From the NCBI RefSeq assembly GCF_009914755.1, contig NC_060927.1: a stretch of 64,000 nt of DNA; one strand, 5' to 3'. The position numbers and the translations under genes are program-made. The notes under the pieces are model-generated. The model searched no databases. It had not been told where the DNA came from and saw only the letters and a list, made by a program, of their open reading frames with translations. Positions 1 to 15,884 of the stretch are shown here, piece by piece; the stretch's first letter is position 1; every line of letters starts with the position of its first letter. Origin of the DNA: the human T2T-CHM13v2.0 reference genome, Homo sapiens.

Positions 1-739
1 CTTCCTGTAAGACCCAAGAAGAAATCAGGTGTCACCTTCAACACTATTTGAAAATCTCCTTAGCTAGATTACCCTTGCCAATAGACACATTTTCCATATA
101 ATTTCAGAAAACTGTATTGCTAAACTTTCTACCACTGCATAACAAAGAGCCCCTTTCCTTTAGTTTCCAATAAGATTTTTCTTTCTTCAAGCCCTCACCT
201 TCCATGTCTTCAAAGTCCAAAATTTCATAGTGTTGTTCAAGCGCATTCTTCATCAATCACTTTACTTTTGACACATTTCAGAGTAGTTTGCAAAATCAGT
301 ACACTCACTCCAGATACTTCAGCATGCATATCACTGACTAATGTTTAATATTTATCTTAAAGTATGTATATTTTCTTTTGAGGTAAAGTTAATATACAAT
401 AAATGTACAAATGTCAAATATACCATTCAATGAATTTTGACAAATAAATACAACTATGTAATTCAAAGCCCAGTCTGGATTGAAAAAACAGGATCATCAC
501 CCCCAGAATCCTTTCATGCCACCTGGGTCAATCACGATGCTAAATTCCTTGCCTCAGAGGCAACAACTGTTCCGATATTTTTTCTAAAAAATTAATTTTG
601 CCTATTCTAAAATGGCATATAAATGGAATCATACAGTTACATGCTGTTTTGTTTAAGGCTTCTTTCATTCGACACAGTATTATTTAGATTCCTCCATGTC
701 AGTGTATAGTATTTCACTTCTTTTTATCGCTGAGCACAT

Positions 740-1095
740 TAAGTCTGCTAGGGCTGCCATAACAAAATGCCATAGACAGGGTGGCTGAAACAACAGTTCT
801 AAAAGCTAGAAGTCTGCGATCAAGATGTCTACAGGTGTGGTTTCTCCTGAGGCCTCTCCCCTTCACTTGCAGATGGCCTTCTCACTATGTCTTCACATGG
901 TCTTTTCTCTGTCTGTGCATATCCCTGGTGTCTCTTCTTCTTATAAAGACACCAGTCACATTGAATTGAGGCTCCACCCTTATGACACCTCATTTAACCT
1001 TAGTTGCCTCTTTAAAGGCCCTATCTCCAAATATAGTGGCATTGGGGGTTAGGGTTTTAACATATGACTTTCAAGGCAATACAATTCAGTTTAGA
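740..1095 (-). mobile_element. MLT1A-like MaLR solo LTR inside an old L1
   Basis: agggctgccataacaaaat...cttataaagacaccagtcacattg...aatacaattcag. Confidence 0.7.
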
Positions 1096-1171
1096 ACACT
1101 GAGTAGTATTCAGTTATACAAATGTACCATTTTGTTTATCCATTCCTCTATTGATGGACACCTGAGGCTAT

Positions 1172-1172
1172 T

Positions 1173-1204
<32 letters not shown>

Positions 1205-1485
1205 AAGATGGAGTCTTGCTCTGTCGCCCAGGCTGGAGTGCAATGACGCGATCTCAGCTCACTGCAACCTCTGCCTCCTGAATTCAAGCAATTCTCCCAC
1301 CTCAGCCACCTGAGTAGCTGGGATTACAGGCATCTGCCATCATGCCTGGCCAATTTTTGTATTTTTGTAGAGACGGGGTTTCACCTTGTTGGCGAGGCTG
1401 ATCTTGAACTCCTGACCTCAAGTGATCCGTCCACCTGGGCCTCCCAAAGTGCTGGGATTACAGGTGTGAGCCACCCCAGCCTGGG
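1172..1485 (-). mobile_element. Alu (S-type)
   Basis: Poly-T followed by antisense Alu dimer. Confidence 0.95.
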
Positions 1486-2025
1486 ACTATTTCTTGTTTG
1501 GCACTATTGTGAATAAATCCACCATGAATATTCACATACAAGTTTCTTGGGGAATGGTTTTTAAGCTTTTTTATTTTTTTTACATTTTTAATTGACACAT
1601 AATAATTCTACGTATTTATGGGGTACATAGTGATGTTTGTATAGTGTTCACATCAGAGCAGAACATGTATTTTTATTTTTGTTTAGTAAATACATGACAA
1701 TTGCTGAGTCATCTTCAATTTCATAAAAAAAAACTGTCAGATCTTTTTCCTATATAATGTATCATTTTGCACCCCCACTATCAGTGTGTGAGAGTTTTGG
1801 TTGCTGTACATCCTTGTCAACATTTGGAGTTATTGGCCTTTTAATGTTTGACATTTTGGTGAGTGTGTATTGAATAACTTTGACCATGTCCAAAAGAAAC
1901 TAAAAGCCACTTCTAAGTTGTTTTTATCTTTATAATGAACATGCTTGTTTTGTTGTAAAATGGCAATTTAAATTTTTTTATTTTTACCAACCTAATAATC
2001 ATACATATATTTTTAAAAAATATCA

Positions 2026-2340
2026 GCTGGGCGTGGTGGCTCATGGCCTGTAAATCCCAGCACTTTGGGAGGCTGAGGCGGGCAGATCACTTGAGGTCAG
2101 GAATTCAAGACAAGCCTGGCCAATGTGGTGAAACCCCAACTCTACAAAAAATACAAAAGTAGCTAGGCATGGAGGCACACCCCTGTAATCCCAGCTACTC
2201 AGGAGGCTGAGGCAGGAGAATCATTTGAACCCAGGAGGCGGAGGTTGCAGTGAGCTGAGATCATGATGCTGCACTCCAGCCTAGGCAACAGAATGAGTAA
2301 GACTCTGTCTCAAAAAATAAAAATTTAAAAAATTTAAAAA
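2026..2340 (+). mobile_element. Alu (S-type)
   Basis: gctgggcgtggtggctca... dimer with A-rich tail. Confidence 0.95.
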
Positions 2341-3472
2341 TCAAACAGTATTACTTATTTACTAAGAGAAAACTTCAGCTTCTCTAGCTTTTTTCCTTAC
2401 TTTCTGCCTTACAGTTTACACGGGTATTTCTTGACTTATCGATTTCTGACATAATCTACTGACATCCTGACATAGCATATGAGGACATGGTTCTCCTATC
2501 TATTATACTTCCTATTTCCTCACCAACTGCTGCCTCCCCTGCCAACAAGATACCACATTTTGGTCAAAACAGTTGTCACTATTACATCATTATGATGATG
2601 GAAATATTGTTCAACACTGAGAGAAAGAAGCTATAACCATCCCTCCTTTCTTATACAGCTCTTTATTTTCATGGCATTAACAGTTGCTTCATTTCTTTAT
2701 TTGCCTGGCTTACTCTGTTCCTATTGTTAATTGTTTCCATATGTTCCAACATCTCTTCCACATTCCCATGAATAATATTTTCCATATGCTCAAATAGATT
2801 AGTTGTTTTGTTTTGTTTTGTTTTGCTGCAAAACTCCATATTTCTATTTCACTCCAAACTGGTTATTCTCCAGGCCCACTGAACAATTGAGACCTCTTAA
2901 CTGTCATCCTAGGATGCCCCTTCAGCACCCTCCTGGGCTGGACTCCTTTTTGGCTAAATCCCATAGCTTCCTTTTGTTTGGTTTCACCCTTTATATTCTG
3001 AAATACAGCCTTCAGTATCTGCAGGTAGGAAGTAAATTTTTTGAGACTTCATATTTGAATATGTCTTTATTCTACTCTTACACTTGATTGATACTTTGGC
3101 TGGGTATAAAAGTTTAATTTGCAAATAAACTTTATTCATAATTTTGAAAGCATCATTCCATTAAGTTCTAGCATCCATTATTGCTTTTTAGAAATCTTGG
3201 CACTATTCTTTTTTCTGATCCTTTGTATTTTGTATGTTATTATTTTGAAGGGGAAAATTTTAGAATCTTCTTTGCCCATGATTTTCTGAAATTTCACAGT
3301 GATGCTCCTTGGTATGGGTATTTTTCATATTCATAGTACCCTATACCTAATGGGCTTTCAATCTGGAGTTTTATGTTCTAGAAAGTTTCCTTCAGGCAAC
3401 ACAAAAGTTTGTCATATATATTTCTTTTTTTTAAATTTTATTTTGTCATGTTTTATGTCTTTGATGACTCCT

Positions 3473-4392
<920 letters not shown>

Positions 4393-7300
4393 CCTACTGT
4401 TTTATGTGATCTCTTTTTCTATAATATCATTTATTGAAAAATTGAATCTCTTGGGCTGATTCTCTGATTTTCTCACCACTTTTTTCTTTTCATTTTTCAT
4501 CTCTTTCTGGGACATTGCCTCTACTTTATCTTCAAGCCTTCCTCGTTTATTTTTATTCCACATTTCTTATTTGTTTTAATGCTTAACTGTTTTTCCCATT
4601 TTTACAGCATCTTGTTCTTGTTTCATGGTTGCAAAATCTTCCCTTATCTCTCTGAGGATATGAATTGTCATTATTTTGAGGTACCATCCCACTTTTCTCT
4701 AGGTTCATTTTTCTTTTTGTTATTTATTTGCTCTTGTGTTGGAGACTTTCCTTAGATGTCTGAGGAACCTTAGCTATCCATTCTTATTGAAGAGAGATAC
4801 ACTGAAACAGTGATGAGTTGGGTTTGTCAATTAGTGTATTCATGGTAGGGTGATAGGATAACAAGCTGGATTTTTTACTATGGAACTCCCAAACGTCACT
4901 CTCTGATGGTATTTCTTTTAGGCCATTCCATTTTTCCAAAGAGGAATTCAGTAGTCTCCTGCCTGCAATATGTAAGCATGGAATAGGGACAGGAAATGGA
5001 GGCAAGCCTCAGCCTCTGCCCTTTCTCCCCTGGCCCAGCCTTGATCCTCTTGATGTCTTCAGAGAATAGATCTCCAGTCGGCTGGCAGGACAGGCAAGGT
5101 GAAAGGAAGCAGTAATGGGATAGTTGCTTGGCTACCAGGGTAGGAGATATCACCTAGTGGGGGACAGGAGTAGCTAATCATTCTAAATATAAACTTTCAG
5201 CCAATCTCTTCTTTTTTAACCCTTTACTCTCTGTAGTACTTTGTGCCTCCAAAGTACTGGACCTTCTCAGAGTCGAGCAGGTCAAAGACTTACTTATTGT
5301 TAGCTTCCACCCCTTCTGAAACCCAGCTGCTAGCTTTCTCTCTGTGCCAAGTCACTTCTATCCAGCTCCAGCCACTTTCCATTTTCCAAAAAGTTGTTGA
5401 AATCTCTCCATTACTGTTGTTCTCTCTCCTGGTTTCTTGGTTTTTATATAGATCCTGCTCAATAGGTCCTTTTCAATGCCCTTTATTTTCAGTTTACTGG
5501 TATTTTGAGGTCCATTTGCCATGTGTAACCAGGAGAATCATTCTTAAAGTAATTTTTGATACTTTAAGGAATTGAAAATATGCTCTAGTTGCTTCCCTTA
5601 AAAGCAACATTTTTTTAGGGGAGTGTGATTCTTCAGACTACATATTTAAAATTGCTACATTTCATATAAAGAAATGACATTACTTATCAACTGTCAAAGT
5701 CACACAGTGTTGGAATTGGTTTCCAGAAATGCTTAGTGGCTTGGCCGGATTCTTTCACATCTTCCTACCTAGTCTCCCTGAGGGTAAACAGCAACATTCA
5801 TAAAGCAGTTAACTAAATGTAAGAATTTTCAATACTGTGGATTTGGATTTCTCCATAAAGTCATCTCACCTCTATGGAAATTGACCCCATAAAATTGGCC
5901 TCTTCATTGGCACCCTACCACAGCCAGCTAAAGTAACTAGTCTCCAAAACCAAAGATTATTTTGCATTTCCTTTAGGATGATGTAAGAATTTGAACCTAT
6001 CATTTAACTGAAGCAATATCATGGCTAAAGCAGTTCATCAAGCATGTTTCGTTTTCCTGTGCATGATTCAGAATTACATTTTTATTTTTTCTCCCAGAAT
6101 TAAAGAGTCCATATTCTTACAATTGAGCTCATTTCTAGATTTAATTTATGTCATGTTTTAATTAATTGGCTTTGTAAACCTAGCACAAATGCAACCAGTA
6201 CACTGAACATATTCCTCGAGAACACCTCCATACGTTAATAGATTGTAACAGGTTTCTAAATACGCTTCCCAAAAACCTTGATACTGGTAGAGATAATGCA
6301 GTATAGTTTAAGGGATCTGCTAATCATATCCCGGCCTTTGCCTTAGGAACATGAGCTGAACACTGGCCTGGTTTGTAATTGGACTCTTATGGCCATCTGG
6401 CAGCTTCTGTGACATATTAGTGGCCTTGGCACAGTCTCTAATTGGCATGTACCAGCATCAAATTGGCATGTATCTACATCCACAAGACAGTTTAACTTTC
6501 TAAATAAAAGAAGCCATATCTCTCTTTTCTTTAGCTATGATGCAATTGCTCTTTGCAGGTTTTTTGTTTTATCTTAGAGGAAACTAAAATTTCAAGATTT
6601 CCCATGTCACTTTAATCCTGAACTTTTTAAATCTATTTCTGTAATAACTAAAAGAGAATCTTGAAACTGCGGGTCTTTGGCCCCATGTCTTGAAGAAATT
6701 ATGTAGTATTATATCTTTCTCTCTGACTTCAGGCCATAGACATTCTCAATCTGCAGGCTGTCTGCAAGCTTTCATAGAAAGATTCATCTGTAATCATTTT
6801 AGCAGAGCCAGTGGAGACAAGATTGCTTTAGTTAGTAGCTTATCAGTTTAAACTGAGTATTCTCTGGTTGGAATGGAAAGTTAATCAAGGAAAACTCAGA
6901 ATAAGTTTTCACTTACATTTTATATCTTACTTGGCAACTTGTTTGACAATGTTGCATAAAAGGTCCAGCACAGGAAACATTTTATACTCCTGCTTATGAT
7001 TAATAAATATGGAATCTGGGGCATTCTATTTTATAAATCAAGGTCTTAGTCCAAATTTCCTGTTTTTCTACATTAGAAAAAAGCCCTCAGGGTAAAAATA
7101 GTACTAAACTGGGGTACTCAGGGGTCAAGGCAACAGGCAAAACAGATTACTCTAGATACTGTGGTGCTGAGACGGTTATCAGACTAGTAGCAAAGACATT
7201 CATTTTGTAGTCATTATAGCAAAGGCATTTGATGCAGCTGGTTTATAAAAACGTAAGTTAATATATCTTACTTTGGATTTTCTATGCTTATTGAAAAGAG

Positions 7301-7765
7301 GAAAGGAATGTATAATACAAAACAATAAACCAGTGACTTGGAAATGTAGGCTCACACACAGCTAGTTCATGGAAAACCTTAGTCACTCTAGTCAAAGACT
7401 GTCTTACCACATCTTAATTTTAATCACATCGATTTCTGCTGTATTATACAAACTCAGCCACTGTCTTCAATCTCCAATACACTGCACTTCCACACCAAGC
7501 ACACATATACACTCACTCACAATTTGATCTTGCTCAAAGATTCTCCAGTCTTAAGTCATCTGCGCTTTCTGACTTTCTCAAATTCTCTCAGCCCAACCGC
7601 TGCATAGTAACCTACGGTAGATCTTCCAGCATCTCTCTTTCTGTAGAATATTACCAAGATACTCTGAAGAATACATGCATGGCAGAAAGTACTTTGGGGT
7701 TCATGCCACTAATTGACACTTTATCATGAAAAGATTAAAATGTTCTCATTTGTATTTCTTAATAG

Positions 7766-7837
7766 CCTAAAGAATGTTTTTTGATACAACCAAAGGAAAG
7801 AAAAGAGAATACCACCAAGACCAGGAAAAGAAGAAAG
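7766..7837 (+). CDS. CMSS1: CMSS1 internal coding exon (PKECFLIQPKERKENTTKTRKRRK)
   Basis: aatag| acceptor, |gtaata donor, 72 nt, phase 0-0; peptide recognised as human CMSS1 (basic, NLS-like stretch). Confidence 0.95.
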
Positions 7838-9638
7838 GTAATATTAATAATTTCTTAAATTTGTATGGCCCCACATGGTTTCCATCACATTTTTATATAT
7901 CATACTTTCTTGAGGCAACTATTGTAATCCCCACCTAAGAGATGCAGACATTGTAAGATTCTTTGAGGTTTGGTGACTTTCCTAAGGTCACTACTAATAA
8001 GTGTTTCTGTTGGAGCTAAGAATAAATTCTTCTGACTCCTATTTCAGTCCTGTGGAGTGCCAAATATCTTTGTTACCCACCCTATGTTTTCAGTGTGGTC
8101 AGATGTCAGACATAGATTTCTAATTCTAGAAGGAGTCCAGAGCTATCCTCCCCCGGCCCTTCTGGCTCTGTCCATGAAAAGAAATATACCAACCTCCTTT
8201 TTCTATTCATTCCGGATTTTAAGACCTTATACCTTAAAGTATGAATAAAAAGAAAATAATAAGCAGATGAAGGTAGTATGAGGCACTTCTGACTAATTTG
8301 GAACCATAAATTAGGTCAAAAAAGCTCCCCTACCTTGCATTTTGATATTTGCTGGTGAGCACAGGAAAGACTCTTTCTCATATACAAACTTTTTTATGGC
8401 TCAGCCTTGGAGAAAGTATGGTTAGCTATGACCTTCTCCCACAGTTGTGAAAACAGCAGTGTAATTCTCTCCCTGCCAAGAGGGGTCTGCTGCTGAAGTC
8501 AGCCGAGGAAATACGATTGGGATTAGAGGAAAGAAGATGGACTCAAACCTATTACTTAACAGCAAGCTTTTAGAAAACTGAGAGTGTGTGTGCATATGTT
8601 TTCTTTTCTTACAAATGGCCAAATAGGAAAATGGGAGATGCCAAATTGGCTGAGGTTTGGCAAGTCCTTAAATAAGTGACTTTAACTTCGCTTTGATAAT
8701 TTGTACACTAATGGCCTTCTGGAGTGTTAAGTTCTTGGTGGCTCAAGGTCAAAACTCTAGCTAGATAGTTTAGTCTTGACTGAGGTCACACTAAAATGTG
8801 CCCACTGATGACATATTTTTAAAAGTTAATTTCTTTGACAGAGGCTTGACCATTCTTGGCAAGTGTCTAGAAATGAGGATATTGTAGAAGGAGGGGGAAA
8901 ATCTGGGGTCAGGGGTGGGGAATGCTCCTTCTGGATCTTTGGTGGAACATTAGAAGGAAGTGAGAAGGGAAGCTTATGATGGAAATAAATGAATGATTGT
9001 GGGTTTCTACTACTGCAGCATTCAATACATGCTACACAAATGAGTCCAAATCAAAATCGATGTTGGAAAGTATTTCCTGTAATATTTTTTCTACTTTGCA
9101 TAGGGCCACTTTAATACCATCAGTTATCCAAGACCTGAGAATCGAGGGTGTTAAGTCCCCTTCTCAGTAGGCCCCTATGCTCAGATTCCTACTGCGGGTT
9201 TTACACTAATGACAGAAATCCAAACTAAGACTCAGCACCTCAAAAACCAGATTGGGCAAGAAATTCTCAAAATTCTAATCCTACAGGAATATAAATCATC
9301 TAGGGCTAAAAGAGAGCTCTCCATAGCAATGAGATTTCTTTACTTTTAACAGAAAATAATACCCCAGTATGGAGATGCCTGCAAAAATTTAGTTATCTTG
9401 GAAGTCATAGACCAAGAGTTACAGGGAGCTTTCTAGATCATTTTTTCATTTTTCAAAGCAATAGTTATGTCCAAGAAGTATTTAGTGAATTTTCTCAAAT
9501 GTATTTATTAAAACCCACATTCACACTTGGCTAACACCAAAAGCTATGTGCCGTTTAAATGCCAGAGGAACTAACCTATTCCAACCAAATGCCATTTTAA
9601 AATATGTCGTCCCATTTTTCTTCTTTCTCATATCTTAG

Positions 9639-9768
9639 AAGAAAATTACTGATGTTCTTGCAAAATCAGAACCAAAACCAGGGTTACCTGAAGACCTACA
9701 GAAGCTGATGAAGGACTATTATAGCAGCAGACGCTTGGTGATTGAATTAGAAGAACTGAACCTGCCAG
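9639..9768 (+). CDS. CMSS1: CMSS1 coding exon ([43 protein letters not shown])
   Basis: Polypyrimidine tract + tcttag| acceptor, |gtatag donor, 130 nt, continues the frame of the previous exon. Confidence 0.96.
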
Positions 9769-9863
9769 GTATAGCCAAGCTTCAATTTTCCTAAAGACAA
9801 GGAGCAAAACATAAGTATCTGTTATGGTTAGGTGTCTCAGGCAGTCAATTAACACATTTTCCA

Positions 9864-10348
<485 letters not shown>

Positions 10349-12369
10349 CTAATAGTTTTAACTGATAGATTATATCAAATAGTTTTAACTGATAGATTAT
10401 ATCCTTACTGGATGCTAAACAGTATTTGTCAAATCTAATATTAAGATTTGTGATTGTATTTTTTTATTCAAAAGGTTAATTGTTGGGTGTGCATTTTTAA
10501 CAAACTATTCAATGAGTAGGAATTCATCATGAGGATAGAAGTTGAAGTACACATTTAAAAGTATGGATGTGAAACACTGATTTACTCAACTATTATAGAC
10601 AAGAACTTTAGCCTTAATAAGCAATTTAGTTTTGTTGTTGCTCTTATTATGGATTTCTAGTCATGGTTTTTAGAATAGTATTTTAGGTTGCAGGCCAGAC
10701 TCTTTCAAGCAAACTGTCAAAAGGTAGGAACAAAATTCTGTATGTTTTGCGAGGCTGACACTTTGCCTCAAGGGATTCTTAGGCCTACTAGAATTTTAGA
10801 TCCTCTGCCTTAGTGTATTTATAATTAAGCTAAAAGATATTACAAAATTTAAACAGCTAATTTTTTAAAAATATTTATTTATTTATTTTAGAGACAGTGT
10901 CTTGTTGTGTCGCCCAGGCTGGAGTGCAGTGGCACCATCGTAGTTCACTGCAGCCTCGAACTCCTGGGCTTAAGTGGATCCTCTCATCTCAGCCTCCCGA
11001 GTAGCTGGGAATATAGCCACGTGCCACCATACCCAGCTTAAACAACTAATTTTAATTAATTTCAAAATTATAATGCATCCTTTAACTCTTTTAGGCAGGG
11101 ATGGGAGGAAATAGATGTTGTCATAAAATCAAACCATAAAAGTTTGGGTACAACTGCTTCAGATGAGCTATTTATAGACTACTAGGCATATCTAATATTG
11201 CTTTTGGAAAAAGTAGAGGGTGGCTTGATTTCCGTTTTCCATTACAACTTTATGCTTTCTAGAAGCTTGAGAAGCTGAAAAACAATCTGTTCCCTGAATT
11301 TTTATAATTCTTTTGTGATATCCTTTTTCAAAAACACACATTGGGTTTGGAGACATGAGTGCCCTGTCTGTTTTCCAAGGAGATTACCCTTTAGGGAATT
11401 GAAGGAGTGCATTTGCACATGAGCAGGATCTGGACTTTTAGACTTACTAAGCCCAGACAGTTCCAATAGCAGTTATAATCCACTCTTCTCAGCACACCAC
11501 GGCCTCTGCTGTGAAAACTATGTCCTGACTGCACTATCACAGGAACTATTCTAACAAAACCACTTTTGAAGCTTTAACTGAAGTTTAATTTTTACTGTGA
11601 CTCAATGGTCAGTTTTCCATTCTAGTTCTTTGTTAGAGCAACTTGAACTTAGGAAGGATTTGTGAGCAGTGGGACCACTGCTGTTCTGTAACCTCATGGA
11701 ACATCGTAAACCTTGCTCCTCTCTGGAGTTAGAGAGAGTCAAAGCTCAGAAGAAACTTTTAAGGAGTCATTTGAGTTCCATAGTGAATTTGTTTGGTATT
11801 ATTGTTTTATTAGAGTTCAGTAATATAGTTAGGCAAGAATGTGTGGTCATGGTTTGGGGAGGAAGGAAAATATGTTTGAAATAACGTTATAACCAAAAAG
11901 GACAGGTTTTTATTTTTAGTTAAAAAAATTAGGCCATTTAAGACACAATAAACTGAGACATCAGAGGAAGGTTTGAGAGAACAGGCCCTGGTCACTACAC
12001 TGATGAGACCAAGGACAGAGAATAGATCTAAGCTAGATGTGGGGAAGGAGATACAGTGGGTTATTTGGAATAGGCTCAAGGAGGGACATAAATCCCCTTA
12101 TATATACACATATAAGGTAGATATAAATAATAACATACTGTTCCTATTTAGTTTGTCGAGCCTCTGACTTGGTTTTGATTTGAGGTTGTTTGTGTCTGTA
12201 GGGCAGGAACATGTCTTTTCAATTAATATTGTGCACTGTACATTGTTAATGTCATACACATGGGCACTTAATTAGGATTTCAAGGTTGGAGTCACCCGGA
12301 GCTAATTAACTTCTCTGCTGTCTCCTGAGAGCTGCAGTGTGATTTAGATTAGTGATTCCTAATTGCCTA

Positions 12370-12525
12370 TAGGCTAGTTGCAACCGAATCACCCAGGAAC
12401 TTCTTAAAAATCAGATTCCCAGGCCCACCCCCAAGAGATTCTAATTCACTATGCAAAAGAGACTTCATCCCAGAAATCTGTATCTTCAGTTCTCCAGGTG
12501 AGTCTGATCATATCCAGGCTTGGGA
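12370..12525. mobile_element. MER5A-like hAT DNA transposon fragment
   Basis: gaatcacccaggaacttcttaaaaatcagattcccaggcccacccccaagagattct. Confidence 0.65.
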
Positions 12526-13670
12526 CATTATAAAGACCACCAAAGGCTCCACAACAATATAGGAGAAAACAGCTTTGAATTACTCACTTAATGAGTTATA
12601 TGTGCTGGGTCACAACATAAATTTCATTTTGATCAGTCCAGCCCCTGTTTTATTTTAATGTGTTATATTGTTTTTTATTGTATTGTTATGTTGTGTTGTA
12701 TTTTGAGACATTATTCTCATTCTTCCCTAATCCAAACTCTATTTTCATATGATAGGAATTTTTAAAAATATATATATATTCTTATAAAATATGTCATCCT
12801 GTGTATGTATATACATATTAAAATGTATCTAAAATGGCTTTGTGCTAATGCTTTCGTTCTGTTTCTTTCTTCACTTGACACTTTTTCCAGATATGACTAA
12901 GTAATTTTATGCATATCTAGTTCATTGCTTCTAAATGCCACATAATATTCCAGCGTTTCCATCTACCACATATACTCATCCATTTCCCCAGATATGGACA
13001 CCTAGGTTGCTTCAAGCACCCTGCTATCACAAATAATGTCAGGATGAATATCCTTGTGTGTGTACCTTAATAGACCATGCAAGAATTTCTTTCTATTATT
13101 TACCTTGAATTGAAATGATAGAATTATAGGGTATATACATATTAATATTATTACTTTCCAGAATATCTATACCAGTTTATACTTCCACTTACAGTTCACA
13201 AGAGTTTCCATCAACTTGCATTCTCAACAACACTTGGTATTATACATATTGCTAATAGTTGCCATTCTAATGAGTGTGTAAAGTATGCTCATTATATTAA
13301 CTTGCACTTCTCTGATAACTAGTGAGTTTCAACATGTTTACATAGATTTGTTAGCCACTTCATTTTGCATTTGTGTAGTCCCTATTTTATGGATTTGGAA
13401 AATAAAGTTGCTTCATAAATCTGCTGAGTGATGTAAGAAGCTCCTATTTCACTGCTCTAAGAAATTATGGGCAGCTCCGTGACAGGTTAAAAGTTTACTT
13501 GTTGCTGCTGCTGTTATTTTAAATATAGGCAACACTTTAAGATATAAAATGGGCCCCCAATTCACTAATATTTTACAACCTTATACATCACTCATAACTC
13601 ACATATAATCTGTTTTGATTGTGTGTGTGTTTACAAAATTATCTACAAAGCATGTTTATTATATTTCTAG

Positions 13671-13730
13671 ACTCCTGTTTCCTCAAGGCCAATGATTTGA
13701 CTCACAGTCTTTCCTCATACCTAAAAGAAA
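13671..13730 (+). CDS. CMSS1: CMSS1 coding exon ([20 protein letters not shown])
   Basis: ttctag| acceptor, |gtaagt donor, 60 nt, phase 1-1. Confidence 0.95.
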
Positions 13731-14091
13731 GTAAGTAAACTCTGATTTTAATCTATTTAAACTCATTCTTATTTTGCTCTGGTTTTGGGAATTTAGGTTT
13801 TGGTCTCGTTTTTGTTTTATAACACATTAGGCCATTATTGCTCTAGGAATCCAGAGAATGGTGTTCTAGTCCCAGGTCCCCCACCAATTTGCTGTTTGAC
13901 CTGAGACGAGTCACTGAGTACTCCCCTGGACTTAATTTCCTATCTGAAAAATAAGGAAGATGGACTATGTGATATGTGTTCCATCTGTGAGATTCTGAAA
14001 TTCTGTTTGCATGTTTACCACTCAGACCATGGCTATTGTGAAGTCAATCTAATTTTATCTTTTCAAAATTTATTTTTTGGGAGGCTGGAGA

Positions 14092-14402
<311 letters not shown>

Positions 14403-15073
14403 TAGCCAGCAGTAATTAAATTATTCATATCAACTGTTCATTTATTCATGGCCAGCAATGAAATAGTTTAGATATAGGGAGTTTCCATTCTTCTTTCAAA
14501 CTACAAGCAATTCTGATGACACTCAACTTGAGTTCATAAACCTTTCTCAGCTTCAAATTCAGAAAATGTAAATCTAGGTAATAATAGAATCAAACTCACT
14601 AGATTATGAGAACTAAAAAGAAAATGTATGTAAAGTGCTTAGCACCATGTCAGTATTTAGTAAATGTTTGCTGTTTTTAAATGTTTGTTCCATTTTATAT
14701 CTTATGTTGAATGTCCCTTTAAAATTTAACATGATTGAATCAGCATTTGTTTCCTATTTAATCAACATTGTCTTCAAGTATCAAACCTAAATTAAAATAT
14801 CAAAAATGTAATATTCCAAATTTTTTTACTTAATTTTAAAATTAGTCACATTTAGGGACTTGGTATGTTTGTTTTGTGTTACAAATTAATGATACTTTAT
14901 TTTAATCTAATATTTACAATAACCAGAAAATTGAATTACAATTGTAATTATAATGAACCATGCTTACTATATTTTGTTTTGTTTAAATACTCAACAAAGA
15001 AGAAATGCTCAACTTGGGAGGTGTGCCCTGTTTTGCCATATTTCAAATAATTGTTTTCTGTTCTTTTTTCCAG

Positions 15074-15176
15074 TTTGTCCTAAGTGGGTAAAACTTAGGA
15101 AGAACCACAGTGAGAAGAAATCGGTCCTGATGCTGATCATCTGCAGCTCGGCCGTCCGAGCCCTGGAGCTCATTAG
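15074..15176 (+). CDS. CMSS1: CMSS1 coding exon ([35 protein letters not shown])
   Basis: ttccag| acceptor, |gttgga donor (weak), 103 nt; peptide contained in ORF 14953..15225. Confidence 0.95.
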
Positions 15177-15884
15177 GTTGGAAGGTTCACCTATTCCATA
15201 TCATAAATGTTTTCTGAATAACTGATATATGCCAAGCTATTATGTTCTATGTGCTGGAGATGTAGCAATAAACAAAACAGAGTCCCTGCCCTCATGGAAT
15301 TTATATTTCAGTGGGGGAGACAGATAATAAACAAATGAAGATACATTATAACGTCAAGTACATTGATAAGTTATGTAAGGAAAAAATAAAGCATGGCAAA
15401 GGGATATAAGTAGATCAGGACTACTTTTAAAAGGGTGGTCACAGAAAGCTTCTCTAAGGAGATGACAATTTGATCAGAGACTTGAACAAAGTGAAGAAGA
15501 AAGCCCAGCAGCTATCTGGAAGAAAAGCATTCCAGGTAGAGGGGAGAGTAAGCACAAAAGACCCCAAGATAGGATGCCATTATAGGATTTTGAGGACTTA
15601 CTTGATCTGAATCATCATTTTAAAGGTTCACTTTGGCTGCTGTGTGGAGAGCACACATTATAGAGAGCAAGGGTAAAAGCCAGATCATACCCCAAACAAC
15701 CAGTTAGAAGAAAAGATCTGACTTAAAATAGTAACAAGAAAAGACAGAAGCCGGGCACAGCAGATTGTGCCTATAATCCTATCACTTTGGGAGGCTGAGG
15801 TGGGAGAACTCTTGAGCCCTGGAGCTTGAGACCAGCCTGGGCAACATAATAAGACCCCATCTCCATTATAAAAAGAAAAGATAG

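Larger units (their letters stand above)
230..1870 (-). mobile_element. Old L1M 3' fragment (antisense), interrupted by MLT1 and Alu
   Basis: L1M 3' end motifs (aaatggaatcataca, ttgtttatccattc, ctattgtgaataa). Confidence 0.6.
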
